Assembly: GCA_951406725.2 (NCBI GenBank)
Contig: OX597820.1
Coordinates: forward strand, 14,942,001-15,006,000
Reading direction: 5' to 3'
DNA: 64,000 nt
Source of the DNA: Octopus vulgaris
Lineage: Eukaryota
The notes under the pieces: generated by a model
Told to the model about the DNA's origin: nothing
The model's input: the letters and a program-made list of their open reading frames with translations, nothing else
The model's database searches: none
Made by a program: the position numbers and the translations under genes
Shown: in pieces, positions 42,511 through 57,771 of the stretch
Layout of the letters: each line of letters opens with the position of its first letter
Position numbering within the stretch: the first letter of the stretch is position 1

Positions 42511-43761
42511 AAAGAGAGTATATATACATACAAACATACACACACACACACACATACATACATACACACATACGTACATACATACATACATACATACATA
42601 CATACATACATACATACACACATACATACACACATACATACATACAAACACATACATACATACAAACATACATACATACAAACATACATACCTACACACA
42701 AACATACATACACACATACATACATACACATACATACACACACATACATACATACAAACATACATACATATACATACATATACATACATACACACATACA
42801 TACATACACATACATACATGCATACATACATACAAACATACATACATACATACACACATACATACATACATACATACACACATACATATATACAGACAGA
42901 CATACAAACATAGATACATACATACAAACATACATACATACAAACATACATACATACATACATACATACATACATACAAATACATACATACAAACATACA
43001 CACATACATACATACATACACACATACATATATACAGACAGACATACAAACAGATACATACATACAAACATACATACAAACATACATACAAACATACATA
43101 CAAACATACATACATACATACATACATACATACATACATACATTCAGACATATATACGCGCATGTGCGCGTGTAAATATAAGACATTTAAATGTATTTAC
43201 GTCATGTACGTATTTATGTACTGTAAAGGCATGCCATACTGGACCGTGTGTTCTATCTCGGTAAGATAAATGAATGCTCGGTTCGTCCTTATCGATAAAC
43301 ATGTCTAAGCTAATCATTTAGATATGTTTACAGTTGATGCAATCAAACATTCGTAAAGGCAAGTTGAAATACTCAAGCACTCGTAAAGGCAGGCTGAAGT
43401 GACATAACGCTCACACACAAACACACTACTTTTCCAAATACGTACGTTTGATCTTGTGATTACAACCTTCGTCCCACACACACACACACACACATAAACA
43501 AACAAACAAACACATGTATACATGAAATACACATGTGACTGTGTATTGCTATGCAACCACGTGGGTTTGGTGTCAGTATCACCTGTGCGACACCTTGGTG
43601 AAATGAGTTCGACTGCAGCCCTGGGATGGCCAAGGTAGGCCTTGTGAGAGAAGTATGTATGTATGTATGTATGTATGTATGTATATGTATGTATGTATGC
43701 ATGTATGTGTGTGTGTATGTATGCATGTATGTGTGTGTATGTATATATATATATATGTATG

Positions 43762-43793
<32 letters not shown>

Positions 43794-43821
43794 TGTATGT
43801 ATGTATGTATGTATGTATGTA

Positions 43822-43852
<31 letters not shown>

Positions 43853-43897
43853 ATGTATATATATGTATGTATGTATGTATATGTATGTATGTATTTT

Positions 43898-43936
<39 letters not shown>

Positions 43937-43991
43937 GTATGTATGTGTATGTATGTATGTATGTATGTATGCACATGTGTGTGTGTATGTG

Positions 43992-44023
<32 letters not shown>

Positions 44024-44353
44024 TGTATGTATGCATGTATGTGTATATATATGTATGTATGTATGTGTGTATGTATGTATGTATGTGTGTGTATGTGTAT
44101 GTATGTATGTATGTACATGTATGTGTATATATATGTATGTATGTATGTATGTAAGTATGCATGCATGTAAGTATATTTGTATGTATATTTGTATGTATAT
44201 TTGTATGTATGTCATTGTTCAATTTTATTTCAAGATTTCTTGCCAATAGAGAAAGAACCGGTTTCTAACCTAGATCCAAAAGCTCCTTCATTGGAAATTC
44301 AACACCAACAACAGGGTATTTTTGTTTGTTTGTATGTATGTATGTATGTATGT

Positions 44354-44660
44354 GTGAAGCGCGCATGGCTCAGTGGTTAGAGCGTCGAGCACCACGACCG
44401 TGAGGTTGTGAGCTCGAATCCCGGACATGACTGCGTGTTGTGTTCTTGAGCAAAACACTTTAATTCATGTTGCTCCAGTTCACTCAGCTGTATTGGCTTT
44501 TGCCTTTCCCTTGGATAGTATTGGTGGCGTGGAGAGGGGAGGCCGATATGCATGAGCGACAGCTAGTCTTCCATAAGCAACCTTGTTCCCGGACTTGTGT
44601 CTGGTAGGGTAACTTTCTAGGTGCAATCCCACGGTCAGCTATGATCGGAAGCGGGTCTCA
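44354..44660 (+). mobile_element. SINE family D
   Basis: Colinear with the reverse complement of 36815-37154. Confidence 0.85.
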
Positions 44661-44693
<33 letters not shown>

Positions 44694-44769
44694 TGTATGT
44701 ATGTATGTATGTATGTACAGATTTGTATGTTTTATGTATGTATTCTCATGCATATAGTTGCATATCTAG

Positions 44770-45013
44770 ACACTCTCATATATATTTAAATGATAAACTT
44801 CTGGAATGTTTTTTTATAGATTTTTACAGTTCCAGTGATGGACTGGATCTGTAGTCTTCGAATCAGCTTTCTCCTTTCTGGTTTGAGAAGCCCAATTTCT
44901 CAAGATTGCTATTTAGGCAGTGTGTTACATATCCCAGGGCCCCAATAATTACAGGTATAAACCTGAACTTGTAATCTGGATAAAGTAACTGTAGATTTCT
45001 CAATAGTTCAGCA
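44770..45013 (-). mobile_element. 3' fragment of an RLE-type non-LTR retrotransposon
   Basis: YAELLRNLQLLYPDYKFRFIPVIIGALGYV resembles the KY...P-x-x-x-GALG end of restriction-like endonucleases. Confidence 0.65.
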
Positions 45014-45588
45014 TATGTGTGTGTGTATGTATGTATGTATGTATGTATGTATGTATGTATGTATGTATGTATGTATGTATGTATGTATGTATGTATGTAT
45101 GTATGTATGTATGTATGTGTGTGTATGTGTGTGTGAGTACATATATATAATTCATACATAATGGTACTCCGTCTCGATGAAGATATTGATTATCAACAGA
45201 AACAGTGCTCGTGAAATTATGTGCAGCTACATGAAGGTATTATAGATGCAGAATTCACAAATACAATCAGAAATACATTGCTTTTATTTGTCTTCTAACA
45301 ACACGTTGGGAAACTGAACTCACCCTGCATCGTGTCGACACCTTAACCACTACATACACCTTCATTTATATGTGTATAAATACAAATGTACAAGATATCT
45401 ACAAGAGACGAAAGCTGTATCTATACTGAGAAGTAATGTTTATGGTCGTCCAAACGTGGGTGTTCTCTGAGACCATACAATATGGCTGTTTTAATCCCAA
45501 GAGGATGCCACCTCCAGATGGTCATTATATAATATATATTTTCATAAATACATAATGTGTGTGTGAGGAGATAGATAGATCGATCACC

Positions 45589-45664
<76 letters not shown>

Positions 45665-45668
45665 CGCC

Positions 45669-45707
<39 letters not shown>

Positions 45708-45724
45708 GAGAAGAGAGAGAGAAG

Positions 45725-45792
<68 letters not shown>

Positions 45793-45796
45793 CGCC

Positions 45797-45908
<112 letters not shown>

Positions 45909-45912
45909 CGCC

Positions 45913-45965
<53 letters not shown>

Positions 45966-47403
45966 TGTTTCTTTATTAGCCACACAGGGCTGCACACAGA
46001 TAGAACAAATTACAAGGTAGAGCTTTTCTTTTGAAGGTTTAAGAAAAAAAAAAAAAAAAAAAAAAAAGGAAGGGGAGTTTCGATCAAAAGGGATCGTAAA
46101 AGGAGAGAAAGAGGACAAAAAAAAGGGGGGTTTAAAAAAAAGGGGGGGAGGAAAAAAATTGATCAATAGGGATCGTTATCACAGAAATGTCAATATGAAG
46201 TGTAAAGGGGAGGACAGGTGAGGTTTACCCGTGCAAAGAAAAGCCTACGGAAAAGACCACGGTAACCTCGGTCAATGAAGTCACATTTTATATTTCTTTT
46301 TTTTTTTTTTGCAAATAAGCAACTCTCTGTTTTCGATTTCTGGGTTCATAGGACTATGCTCAAGGTGGCTTCGTCATTCATACGTGCCATTCTTGCTACA
46401 TTCACCCATCTTTTTTTAAAACATTCGCTAGACAAAACTTGCCTCTCTACTCTCACTTTCCTTTTCAAGTGGTACTTGAAGAAGTTGATGAGAGATTGAC
46501 CAGAGAGGAAAGTGTTTGTCTCCAATCCTTTCAGACGCGTCCACCAGATACATTCTTTCGCCATAGCCACAAGGATGATGAAAATAGCTCTTCCTTCCCG
46601 TTTGAAGGAAGGAGGCGTGACAATATTGACGATAGACTCAGCTGATAAACCGACTCGTCCCACACGTGACAGCAGTTGTTCGACATAAGCCCACAGGTCG
46701 GAAATTGTTGGACACTGAACGAGTGCGTGCAGAACGGTTTCGTCGCTCTGACCGCATCTCGGGCAGGTCGGCCCCGTGTTTCTCGAGCCGTGTCTGTAGA
46801 GCTTATCCCGAACGGGTAGCGCTTCTCGGTAGCACTGCCAGGCCAGGGATCTCTGGAAGTTGTCCATGGGCCCTGGCCCGAAAGTCGTCCTGAACAGGCG
46901 GGTCAGGTACTCCTCGTCGACGTCCAGGTTCGCCCCGAGCTCGTCGTCGTACCTCCCCTCCACTAAACCCCTATAGAATGCTTTGGTTGTGTTGAAGTCA
47001 CTTAAGGTCGACCCAGGACGGCAGAGTTGCTTGAGAGCAACGCGACACTCGCGGTGCCATTCGCCCTTCCTCGGCCTCTTTTTGATCCACGACTGCAGTT
47101 CGGTCATGGAGACGAGCTGCGGGAAAGCGTGCCTCACAAACGGCGACCACACCTGTTCACCGTCGTCTACATAGAGCCAGAGATGTCGCAGTCTCAGCGC
47201 GTGTCTGCGCATCATCAACCACGGCATGCCCAGTCCTCCTTTTAACGGGTGTTGACAGCAAATGGATCGCCTGACCATCGGGACGCATCCTTTCCACAAA
47301 AAGCGAAAGAGGATGCGTTGTAGTTTGGTGATGGTAGGGTCGGGACAAGGTACGACGGTCAGGCGGTAGTAGATGACGGACGCGATGTACGTGTTCGCCA
47401 CCT
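45966..47403 (-). mobile_element. 5'-truncated L1/Tx1-clade LINE (ORF2 C-terminus with zinc-binding region, 3' UTR) in (GATA)n
   Basis: Uninterrupted 351-aa frame with FRFLWKG...PLKGGLGMP and CPRCGQSDETVLHALVQC. Both ends abut (GATA)n; 3' end aataaagaaaca(tatc)n. Confidence 0.9.
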
Positions 47404-47470
47404 AGATAGATAGATAGATAGATAGACAGATATGTGTGTGAGAGTGAGAGAGAGATAGGTAGAGAGAAAG

Positions 47471-47501
<31 letters not shown>

Positions 47502-47872
47502 ATGAGTTTGCCGCGGTTTTTTTCTCAATCAAGAATTAATTAATTGATGTTGTATGCCATGAAATGTCGTGAAAGATATAAATTATTTATTTTATCCTAT
47601 CTTTAGATTTACGCACACGAATAACAATGATATTGAAAAGTGAAAGCCGATGAGACATTAACCGGTACGATGTTTTATAAGATATAGTTACGATGTCTGT
47701 TTAATTCATCGTTGCCATTTAGTTTACAGACACCAACCAAACTACTAAGTACTTATACACACATACATACATACATACATACATATATACATATATAAGA
47801 AAAAATAAGGTATTCAGAGATCTGGATGGTTGTACATACATATATATATATATATATACCTATACAAACTTG

Positions 47873-47931
<59 letters not shown>

Positions 47932-47941
47932 TATACAAACT

Positions 47942-47987
<46 letters not shown>

Positions 47988-48105
47988 CATGCATATATTA
48001 TATATATATATATATATACATGCATATATTATATATATATATATATATATACCTATATACATACATATATACATATATACCTATACATAATGCATATATA
48101 TATAT

Positions 48106-48149
<44 letters not shown>

Positions 48150-48219
48150 GTATATATATATGTGTGTGTGTATGTACGTATGCCTGTGTATTTGTATATA
48201 TATGTGTGTGTGCGTGCGT

Positions 48220-48273
<54 letters not shown>

Positions 48274-48732
48274 GCCACACTGCAAGTCAATATATGCTTA
48301 CAATTCATTGCCACAGGGAGGTAAAATTTGAAACTGTTGCCAACTTATTAGAATTAACAAATGTATTTAGCTTTCGTGCGTGGGAGAGAAAATGAATAGC
48401 ACGTATCTGGCCCAAGAGTTGTGGCACAGCTACAGCGCGTGCCGCCAAGGGCAGCCCTTGAATTTACCACCCTTTTCACGGACCAACAGCTAAGCATTTT
48501 ACCCGGTGTCCTAATTATTCTGCGAGCCTTAAACAGCAATAACAATGATAATAATTCTTTCTACTATAGACACGAGGTTTAAAATTTCGTGGGAGGGATA
48601 TAGTCGATTACATCGACCCCCAGTATTCAACTGGTACTTATTTTAACGGCCCCCGAGTGTATGAAAAGCAAAGCTAGATATTTTCTCCGGCGCGGTAACA
48701 ATTCTGCCAGCTCACCGCCATAATTATTACGC

Positions 48733-48897
48733 TGGAGTGGCCGTGTGGTAAGAAGCTTTCTTCCCAACAACATGGTTCCGTGTTCAGTCCCACTGCGTGA
48801 CACCTTGATCAAGTGTCTTTTACTATAGCCTCAGGCCGATCAAAGCCTTGTGAGTGGGTTTGGTAAACGGAAACTGAAAAGAAACCCGTCGTATATA

Positions 48898-48928
<31 letters not shown>

Positions 48929-49060
48929 TCGGCAAAATAGACCGGCAAGAATAAGTACTAGGCTTACAAAGAATAAGTTCTGGGTTGATTTGTTCTACTA
49001 AAGGCGATGCTCCAGCATGGCCGCAGTCAAATAACTGAAACAAGTAATAGAATAAAAGAA
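48733..49060 (+). mobile_element. SINE family B
   Basis: Copy with an internal deletion, back-to-back with a family A copy. Confidence 0.85.
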
Positions 49061-49122
49061 TATAATGCAATTGAAGTTATTACATTGTATATTATGCACT
49101 TTATTTCCACTATTATTACATA

Positions 49123-49155
<33 letters not shown>

Positions 49156-49369
49156 CGCACACACGCGCACACACACATAATACAAAGGCAGCGAGCTGGC
49201 AGAATCGTTAGCATACCGAGCAAAATGCTTAGCAACAAAATGTCTAGTGGCCTTTACGTTCCAAGTTCAAATGCCACCTAGGTCAAATTTGTCTCTCATT
49301 CTTTCGATGGCGATAAAATAAATACCAGTTATTAACCCATATTCCCCCAAACAATTGAAACCAATATAT

Positions 49370-50028
49370 GTAGGGCAAATCAAATTTGAAAACTTATTCT
49401 TTCTAGGCTGTCTGGTATTAGTCCACGGCCCAGTGTTTGAGGCGCCTTGGTCTACGGAATACTAAGTTCATTGTGAAAAACTATCAACTTAGTAGGCAAA
49501 ATATTTAGCTTACATTCGCACCCGTCAGCGTGTCAACATGCTAGCCATTGAGGAACGTACGTCTTTAGTTGAATGGGTGTTTCGAGCTGGAAACAAATAC
49601 ACGGATACTGTGAAACAGAAGTTCAGTGAAACTTTTCCAAATATTGTTGTTCCACATCGTGACACTGTGCAGGATTTGATAGGAAAATTTAGAAATACAG
49701 GCTCAGTGGAAGACGCAGCAAGAAACGGTAGGCCTACTGTTCTTTCAGACGAAACACTCTCCAATATTTCTGATAAACTGTTGGCAAGCCCGTCAAAGTC
49801 CTGACGCAAATTGTCACAGGAAACTGAAATAAGCCTAAGAAGTGCTCACATGAATAGTAAAAAAGAAAATAAATTTCATGTATTGAAAATGAAGGACGAC
49901 ACTTTCAAAACCTCTTAAAGTTTTTTAAAATCTTGTAAAGTCTAATATATTCTTTTGTAGTCTTAAACCATCTTGTGAATATTTATTTTGCAATAAAATA
50001 CTGCGGAGAGACTTTTTGAACACCCTGT
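49370..50028 (+). mobile_element. Deleted Tc1/mariner-superfamily element (N-terminal HTH)
   Basis: KFRNTGSVEDAARNGRP motif; 3' TIR-like ttttgaacaccctgt. Confidence 0.75.
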
Positions 50029-50234
50029 CGATAGCCATTACCCGCCGAGTTGAAAGAATATCTAATTGCAGTTCAATAGATTCAGAGCTCATATTGTGTA
50101 CTACGTTGAGTTGTTGGACGTTTAACTCTTTATTCTTTTCTACTCCTGGCACAGGGACAGAAATTTTGGGGTTGGGGTGCCAGTCGATTAGATTGACCCC
50201 AGCACGCAACTGCTACTTAATTAATCGACCCCGA

Positions 50235-50399
<165 letters not shown>

Positions 50400-50842
50400 G
50401 TCTATCCATCTATCTATCTATCTATCTATCTCTCTATATATACATACATACGTACATATATACACATGCACGCACACGCATATACACGCGCGCACGCACA
50501 TACACACCCACTCGCACACCCGCACAAACGAACACACACAGGTATATGTACGACGAGTTACAAAACTGTTCTTTACATTCAGTGAATTACAGAATCCTGA
50601 TGGAGGAGATTTTCCTCACCTACACAGTGCGATAAAATGAAGTGCCAATCAGCATAACTGAAACTCGTAGTCAAACTGGTATAATTGACTTACCCTTCTC
50701 CAGCCTGGTGTTAAGGGGATAGGAACGAAGATTTAGTACATGTAATGGTATCATGAATCATCAATCGGCTCAGAATGCCATGGGAATTGGTTTTGAGGAT
50801 AAAAAGGGTGTCATTCTCCTTGATTTTCTGTAACGTAGGGAA

Positions 50843-51223
50843 GCACTCCGTCGGTTACGACGACGAGGGTTCCGGTTGATCCGAATCAAACGGAACAGCC
50901 TGCTCGTGAAATTAACGTGTAAGTGGCTGAGCACTCCACAGACACGTGTACCCTTAACGTAGTTCTCGGGGATATTCAGCGTGACACAGAGAGTGACAAG
51001 GCCGGCCCCTTGAAATACAGGTACAACAGAAACAGGAAGAAAGAGTGAGAGAAAGTTGTGGTGAAAGAGTACAGCAGGGATCACCACCACCCCCTGCCGG
51101 AGCCTCGTGGAGCTTTAGGTGTTTTCGCTCAATAAACACTCACAACGCCCGGTCTGGGAATCGAAACCGCGGTCCTATGACCGCGAGTCCGCTGCCCTAA
51201 CCACTGGGCCATTGCGCCTCCAC
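50843..51223 (-). mobile_element. SINE family C (tRNA-derived head)
   Basis: Minus strand ggaggcgcaatggcccagtggttagggcagcggactc...ggtttcgattccc (A and B boxes); second copy at 62406-62770. Confidence 0.88.
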
Positions 51224-51540
51224 GGTGCTGTGAATAGCGAACGATACACTGAGATTCTCAAAAAGCTTAGAGAAGCCATTAGGAGGAAGAGACCAGGCAG
51301 GGGTCTAAAAACGATGCATCATTCATCATGATAATGTGTGACTACGTAGGTCTTTGGGGACAAATCAGCCAAATTGGTCTGGTCAGTGCCTATTCCCTAC
51401 CCACTGTGCAGCTCACAGCTTGATGCCTTCTGACTTCCGACTGATCGGTGTAATGGAGGACAGTCTTCAGAAACGACGATGGTTTGATAACAAACACGTG
51501 GTGAAAATGGCTGTGAAGAAGTGAACACAACCGTACATAC

Positions 51541-51831
51541 TGTGTGATGACGTCAGCAGCTGGACGTCAGCAGCTGGGTGCGTTGACCGGAAGCTGGGGC
51601 AACCGGAAGGGGTAAGCCGTCAGGCGTGCGCAGGGAGCGGTCAATTGGCCCTTCCCAACGTGGGTCGTGCAGGTGACAAGACGTGTGAAGACGTCGCTAA
51701 GGGTTTGGGCTAGCAGCTGCTATCGTTAGTGTTCGGGTTGGGGCTGTGTTGAAGGACTAGTTATCTGGTGGGTCTCCGTCACTAAGAAGAGAAGGTAGGT
51801 GCCTTTATATTCAAATCGCGCACACACTACA
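51541..51831. mobile_element. Solo LTR (291 bp)
   Basis: TGT...ACA termini with a 5-bp target-site duplication CATAC (51536-51540 and 51832-51836); GC-rich relative to flanks. Confidence 0.75.
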
Positions 51832-51962
51832 CATACGTTGAATTTATTAAACAGGATTCGAGAAATGGGTTCAACGATGGCACGAGTACACCACTTGTGA
51901 TGGGGACTAAATAGAGTAGTATCCTTGGAAATAGAAAAGAAATCAGTTAATAAAATAGATAT

Positions 51963-52346
51963 ACTCTTTACTCTCTCTTTACTCTTTTACTTGTTTCAGT
52001 CATTTGACTGCGGCCATGCTGGAGCACCACCTTTTAGTACTTATTCTATCGGTCTCTTTTTGCCGAACCGCTAAGTGACGGGGACCTAAACACACCAGCA
52101 TCGGTTGTCAAGCAATGCTAGGGGGACAAACACAGACACACAAACATATACATACATACACATATATATACATATATACGACAGGCTTCTTTCAGTTTCC
52201 TGGTCTACCAAATCCGCTCACAAGGCATTGGTCGGCCCGGGGCTATAGCAGAAGACACTTGCCCAAGATGCCACGCAGTGCGGAATGAACCCAGAACCAT
52301 GTGGTTGGTTAGCAAGCTATTTACCACACAGTCACTCCTGCGCCTA
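51963..52346 (-). mobile_element. SINE family B
   Basis: Near full-length copy. Confidence 0.9.
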
Positions 52347-52567
52347 TATGTTTGTATTTGTATTACTTTTGGTAGAAATCTCGCACATACATACATACGT
52401 AATCACGTTCGTACATACATAGATGTATAAAGTCAGGCAGTCAAATATTGCGTGACACAAAGCCGTTAAGACATTCGGCTTAACCGTTTAAATAGAGATA
52501 AAATTTAGTTGGTATTTATTTCGTCAATTTCGGAAGAACAACAAGCAAAAAACAACCCTGAAATATG

Positions 52568-52983
52568 TTACTCTCTTTTACTCTTTTACTTGTTTCAGTC
52601 ATTCGACTGCGGCCATGCTGGAGCACCGCCTTCTAGTCGAAGTAAATCGACCCCAGGACTTATTCTTTGTAAGCCTAGTACTTATTCTATCAGTCTCTTT
52701 TGCTGAACCGCTAAGTTACGGGACGTAAACACACCACCATCGGTTGTCAAGCAATGGTGCGGGGACAAACACAGACACACAAACATATACATACATACAC
52801 ATATATATACATATATACGACGGGCTTCTTTCAGTTTCCGTCTACCAAATCCACTCACAAGGCTTTGGTCGGCCCGAGGCTATAGAAGAAGACACTTGCC
52901 CAAGGTGCCACGCAGTGCAGAATGAACCCAGAACCATGTGGTTGGTAAGCAAGCTACTTACCACACAGCCACTCCTGCGCCTA
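52568..52983 (-). mobile_element. SINE family B
   Basis: Full-length copy. Confidence 0.9.
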
Positions 52984-53120
52984 TGTTGTAACATTTAAAT
53001 CATTAACGCATAAAATTTTAATTTCATTCTATACGTAAGGACAATAAAATAACAATAATAATAATAATAATCTTTTCTAGCGAATTTCCTTGCTTGGTAA
53101 ATACGATTGTCCAAGTCAGG

Positions 53121-53173
<53 letters not shown>

Positions 53174-53521
53174 GGAGAGCATCATAGCCATGTGTTGGAG
53201 GAGCATCATAGCCATGTGTTCTTGGAGGTTTGGATAATTCACCTTTGGAAACATGAGTGGTTCGTTCAACATCCTTAAACAATCTTTATTCAGGGACCTT
53301 TTGAGCAGGATGGGCTACTCGACCAAAAGAAAATTCTAACTGGACCCTACCTGCAAGGTCATGCGCTGTTTATCTTGATATGAGATCACCATCTCGCGTA
53401 CATTTGGTTGTGATGCATGTACCTAGTGTACCCATATCAAACAGGGGTAGTCATGATGGGTATACTGGGCTTCGTATATGTTACCCCAGTGTCACTTTGA
53501 TGGCATGCACTGCTCTCTCTC

Positions 53522-53557
<36 letters not shown>

Positions 53558-53584
53558 TATTATTATTATTATTATTATTATTCT

Positions 53585-54211
53585 CTGGCTGCCCAGTCCT
53601 GGCTAAGAAGGAATATATTCACAGACATGACAGAGTTGGAACCTACATACACTGGAAGCTATGCCAACACTGTGGAATAACAACAGAAAAAAGATGGTAT
53701 AGACACACACCAGAAAAGGTCACAGAAAACGAGAAAGCAACCATACTCTGGGATATGCCGATACACACAGATAGAGAAATTAAGGCCAACAGATATAGTT
53801 GTCAGAGATCATGAAGAAAAAAAAAATGCTTTCTAATTGATGTATCAATACCGGCAGATGACAACGTGTCTCTAAAAGAAATGGAGAAACTTTCAAAATA
53901 CAAAAACCTGGAAATAGAGGTAACCAGAATGTGGAATCTAAAAACAGAAACAATTCCTACCATAGTAGGTGCATTAGGCATGATAAAAAGATATTCAGAC
54001 AAATACATAACAAAAACACCAGGACTTACAAACACATATAACATACAGAAAATTGCACTACTAGGCACTGCACACATCCTACGCAGAACACTTTCCATAC
54101 AATAACCATCAGAGCATCACAACAAATCACAGCACATACCCAAGGCACACAGAGCTGCGCTCGGTAGTGAAGTGAAAGCACGCTATAAAAAATAAAACTA
54201 CTGAATAATAA

Positions 54212-54240
<29 letters not shown>
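53585..54240 (+). mobile_element. R4/Dong-like LINE 3' end (restriction-like endonuclease) in (TAA)n
   Basis: GCPVLAKKEYIHRHD...ILWD...LIDVSIP...EKLSKY...PTIVGALG...QKIALLGTAHILRRTLS; flanked by (TAA)/(TTA) repeats. Confidence 0.9.
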
Positions 54241-54242
<2 letters not shown>

Positions 54243-54655
54243 AATAATGATAATAATAATCCTTTCTACTATAAACACAAGGCCTGAAATTTGGTGGATG
54301 GGGCTAGTCGATTACATCAGCCCAAGTGCTTAAGTGTCTCTTATTTCTTATTTCTAGAGAATGAAAGGCAAAATTGACTGTGGCGGAATTTGAACTCAGA
54401 ACATAAAGACAGACGAAATGCCACTAAGTATTTTGCCAGACGTACTTACGATTCTGTCAGTTCGCTATCATTGTAAAAGTACAAAAGCAAGATGGTCAAA
54501 ATTATGAACATATGATGCTAAATACCTCGGATCACAATATCGTGTTTTATGGGAACGGAGAAGATAAATATTTTGGTTTTATACCCGTAGAAGCATATCC
54601 GCCAAGAAAACTTCAACCAATATTAGCCAATGACATGGTTTAATTTTTATCTTAC

Positions 54656-54662
54656 ACCTCAT
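54656..54662 (-). CDS. Candidate start-codon exon of the SRCR gene (gives MRWLLSCVLL...)
   Basis: gaaatATGAGGT|gtaaga: phase-1 donor in unique-looking sequence. An alternative candidate lies at 63757-63763. Confidence 0.4.
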
Positions 54663-55159
54663 ATTTCAATAACGGTGGAGATATTCAAATAAACACAGGA
54701 TCATGTATGCAAATATGACAAACAAACAAACAAACACACACACACACACACATATATAGACACACACAACAAGATGAAATAGATAAAAAGGACATGGTTG
54801 TATACTTCACATGCACACATACATATGTACATATACGTGTTTCTATATGTGTGTATGTGAAATTATACATGTGCATATAATACACACACACTCTCTCTCT
54901 CTCTTGTTGTAACTACCCCTCTCTCTCTCTCTCTTTCCCTGTCTATATATATATATCAATAATGAAGGGTACGCGAGATAACACGAGCATGCTAAAATAG
55001 CAGTCGAAAACAATTAACGACCGCAAATTTTCACTAAAACGCAAAGGTGAGATTCTGGGGGAATTTGTCATTTCTTCTCTGTCTTTTTACCAATGTAACC
55101 AGGTATACCCGAGGGCGCGGTGATACCCTCTGACTCTCACTACCTTGCCATACTTGTGA

Positions 55160-55552
55160 GAAGAGAGAAGAGCAAAGACTGGCAACGGCTCAAAGAGCCA
55201 TGGAAAGGTCAACGCTTGGTATCTCGTTGAGAGAGCACATAAGTAGCAAGACCATCAGAGAGAAGTCCGGCGTGAGAGATGTCATCGCAGAGTATACACG
55301 CAGCAAGTATAGATGGGCTGGACACGTCGCCCGGCTCACCGATAATCGGTGGACGCACGCAGTTGTCGAGTGGTACCCGCGTGAGCGGAAAAGACCAACC
55401 GGTAGACCTCCACGACGGTGGAACTACGATTTCAGGAGGATGATTGGGGTCACGTGGATGAGAAAGGCGCGATCCAGAGAGGAGTGGACAGCGTGCTGTG
55501 ACCAGCGGTGTCAAATGGACGCCTGACGGACTGGTCGGTCAAAGTGATCAAA

Positions 55553-55556
<4 letters not shown>
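55160..55556 (+). mobile_element. RTE-clade LINE 3' fragment
   Basis: AQRAMERSTLGISLREH...KYRWAGHVARLTDNRWT...WYPRERKRPTGRPPRRW; ends aagtgatcaaagtga(TA)n. Confidence 0.9.
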
Positions 55557-55599
<43 letters not shown>

Positions 55600-55706
55600 T
55601 CGGGGTGAGTACTTGATAATTATAAGCACCTGTATATACCGTTTGGTGGTGTAGGTGGTGGAGTAAATTGATCAAAATAAAATAAAAACATGATGCGAAG
55701 GATTCA

Positions 55707-55784
55707 GCGGTACATATGTTTCGGGCCTTTATTAGACAGATTTATAACAATGCATAATGTATGTCTGTGGCCTTCTTCAGCCGC
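55707..55784 (-). ncRNA. Mirror copy of the same hammerhead motif
   Basis: Reverse complement of 55943-56020 within the palindrome 55667-56060. Confidence 0.78.
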
Positions 55785-55942
55785 GCACAACAGCTTCCAC
55801 AAGGACATGTGTTACATCAAAAATTCTTGGTTGGGGATGCAAAACATAATGCTGCCGCATTATGTCGTACGCGAATGAGAGGTTTTGCATCCCCAACCAA
55901 GAATTTTTGATGTAACACATGTCCTTGTGGAAGCTGTTGTGC

Positions 55943-56020
55943 GCGGCTGAAGAAGGCCACAGACATACATTATGCATTGTTATAAATCTGTCTAATAAAG
56001 GCCCGAAACATATGTACCGC
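55943..56020 (+). ncRNA. Minimal type I hammerhead ribozyme motif
   Basis: GCGG-CTGAAGA-a-GGCC(long loop with acaga/tctgt)GGCC-c-GAAA-C-ATAT-G-TA-CCGC. Stem I GCGG/CCGC, canonical core, palindromic stem III ACATATGT, predicted GUA cut after 56016. Confidence 0.8.
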
Positions 56021-56056
56021 TGAATCCTTCGCATCATGTTTTTATTTTATTTTGAT

Positions 56057-56890
<834 letters not shown>

Positions 56891-56973
56891 TTGATATTTT
56901 GATAGGTTTCGGCCATTATTGGCCCAGGCCATGTCTAACTTAATAGCACCACCTATATATATATATATATATA

Positions 56974-57663
56974 TCACTTTGATCACTTTGACCGACCAGT
57001 CCGTCAGGCGTCCATTTGACACCGCTGGTCACAGCACGCTGTCCACTCCTCTCTGGATCGCGCCTTTCTCATCCACGTAATCCCAATCGTCCTCCTGAAA
57101 TCGTAATTCCACCGTCGTGGAGGTCTTCCGGGTGGTCTTTTCCGCTCACGCGGGTACCACTCGACAACTGCGTGCGTCCACCGATTATCGGTGAGCCGGG
57201 CGACGTGTCCAGCCCATCTATACTTGCTGCGTGTATACTCTGCGATGACATCTCTCACGCCGGACTTCTTTCTGGTGATCTCGCTACTTATGTGCTCTCT
57301 CAACGAGATACCAAGCGTTGACCTTTCCATGGCTCTTTGAGCCGTTGCCAGTCTTTGCTCTTCTCTCTTTGTGGTAGCCCATGTTTCACTACCATATAAC
57401 ATTGCAGGCAGAACTGCACTGTTAATGAGGTTGGCGCGGGTGGTCCTGTCCAACCTTCCCTTGAGCACATCCCTTATGCCACTGAACGCCTTCCATCCGG
57501 CCCTTACTCTCCGTGAGATCTCCTTTTTGATATCCCGGCGCATATTTACTTCCTGTCCCAGGTAGACATATTCTCTCACCTCCTCTATTTCATCACTGCC
57601 GATCACCATTCGACCTGTTGGTACTTTGTCTGACCGCTTGAACTTTGTCTTCATGCGGTTCAT
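56974..57663 (-). mobile_element. RTE-clade LINE 3' fragment (near-identical family, opposite orientation)
   Basis: 219-aa frame with EYVYLGQ, PAMLYGSETW and RWAGHVAR; same tail running into (TA)n. Confidence 0.92.
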
Positions 57664-57676
57664 ATAACCGCATGAA

Positions 57677-57724
<48 letters not shown>

Positions 57725-57771
57725 GCATATATATGTGCATATATATATGTATGTGTATATTTTTTCTTTGT

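Larger units (their letters stand above)
50550..51915 (+). mobile_element. Highly degraded mariner relic interrupted by a SINE and a solo LTR
   Basis: DKKGVILLDFL before the SINE and VNSERYTEILKKLREAIRRKRPG after it. Confidence 0.7.

Noticed and set aside
50693-50753. Minus-strand ATG...G|gtaagt as the SRCR start exon
   Set aside because: Lies inside a mariner relic and would put a 20-residue polar stretch ahead of the signal core; less plausible than the other two candidates.
51150-51223. tRNA-like sequences at SINE heads
   Set aside because: They continue into SINE bodies present in multiple copies and lack a complete cloverleaf; not tRNA genes.
55690-56037. Twin ORFs [15 protein letters not shown] on both strands
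   Set aside because: A by-product of the palindrome; no coding signature.
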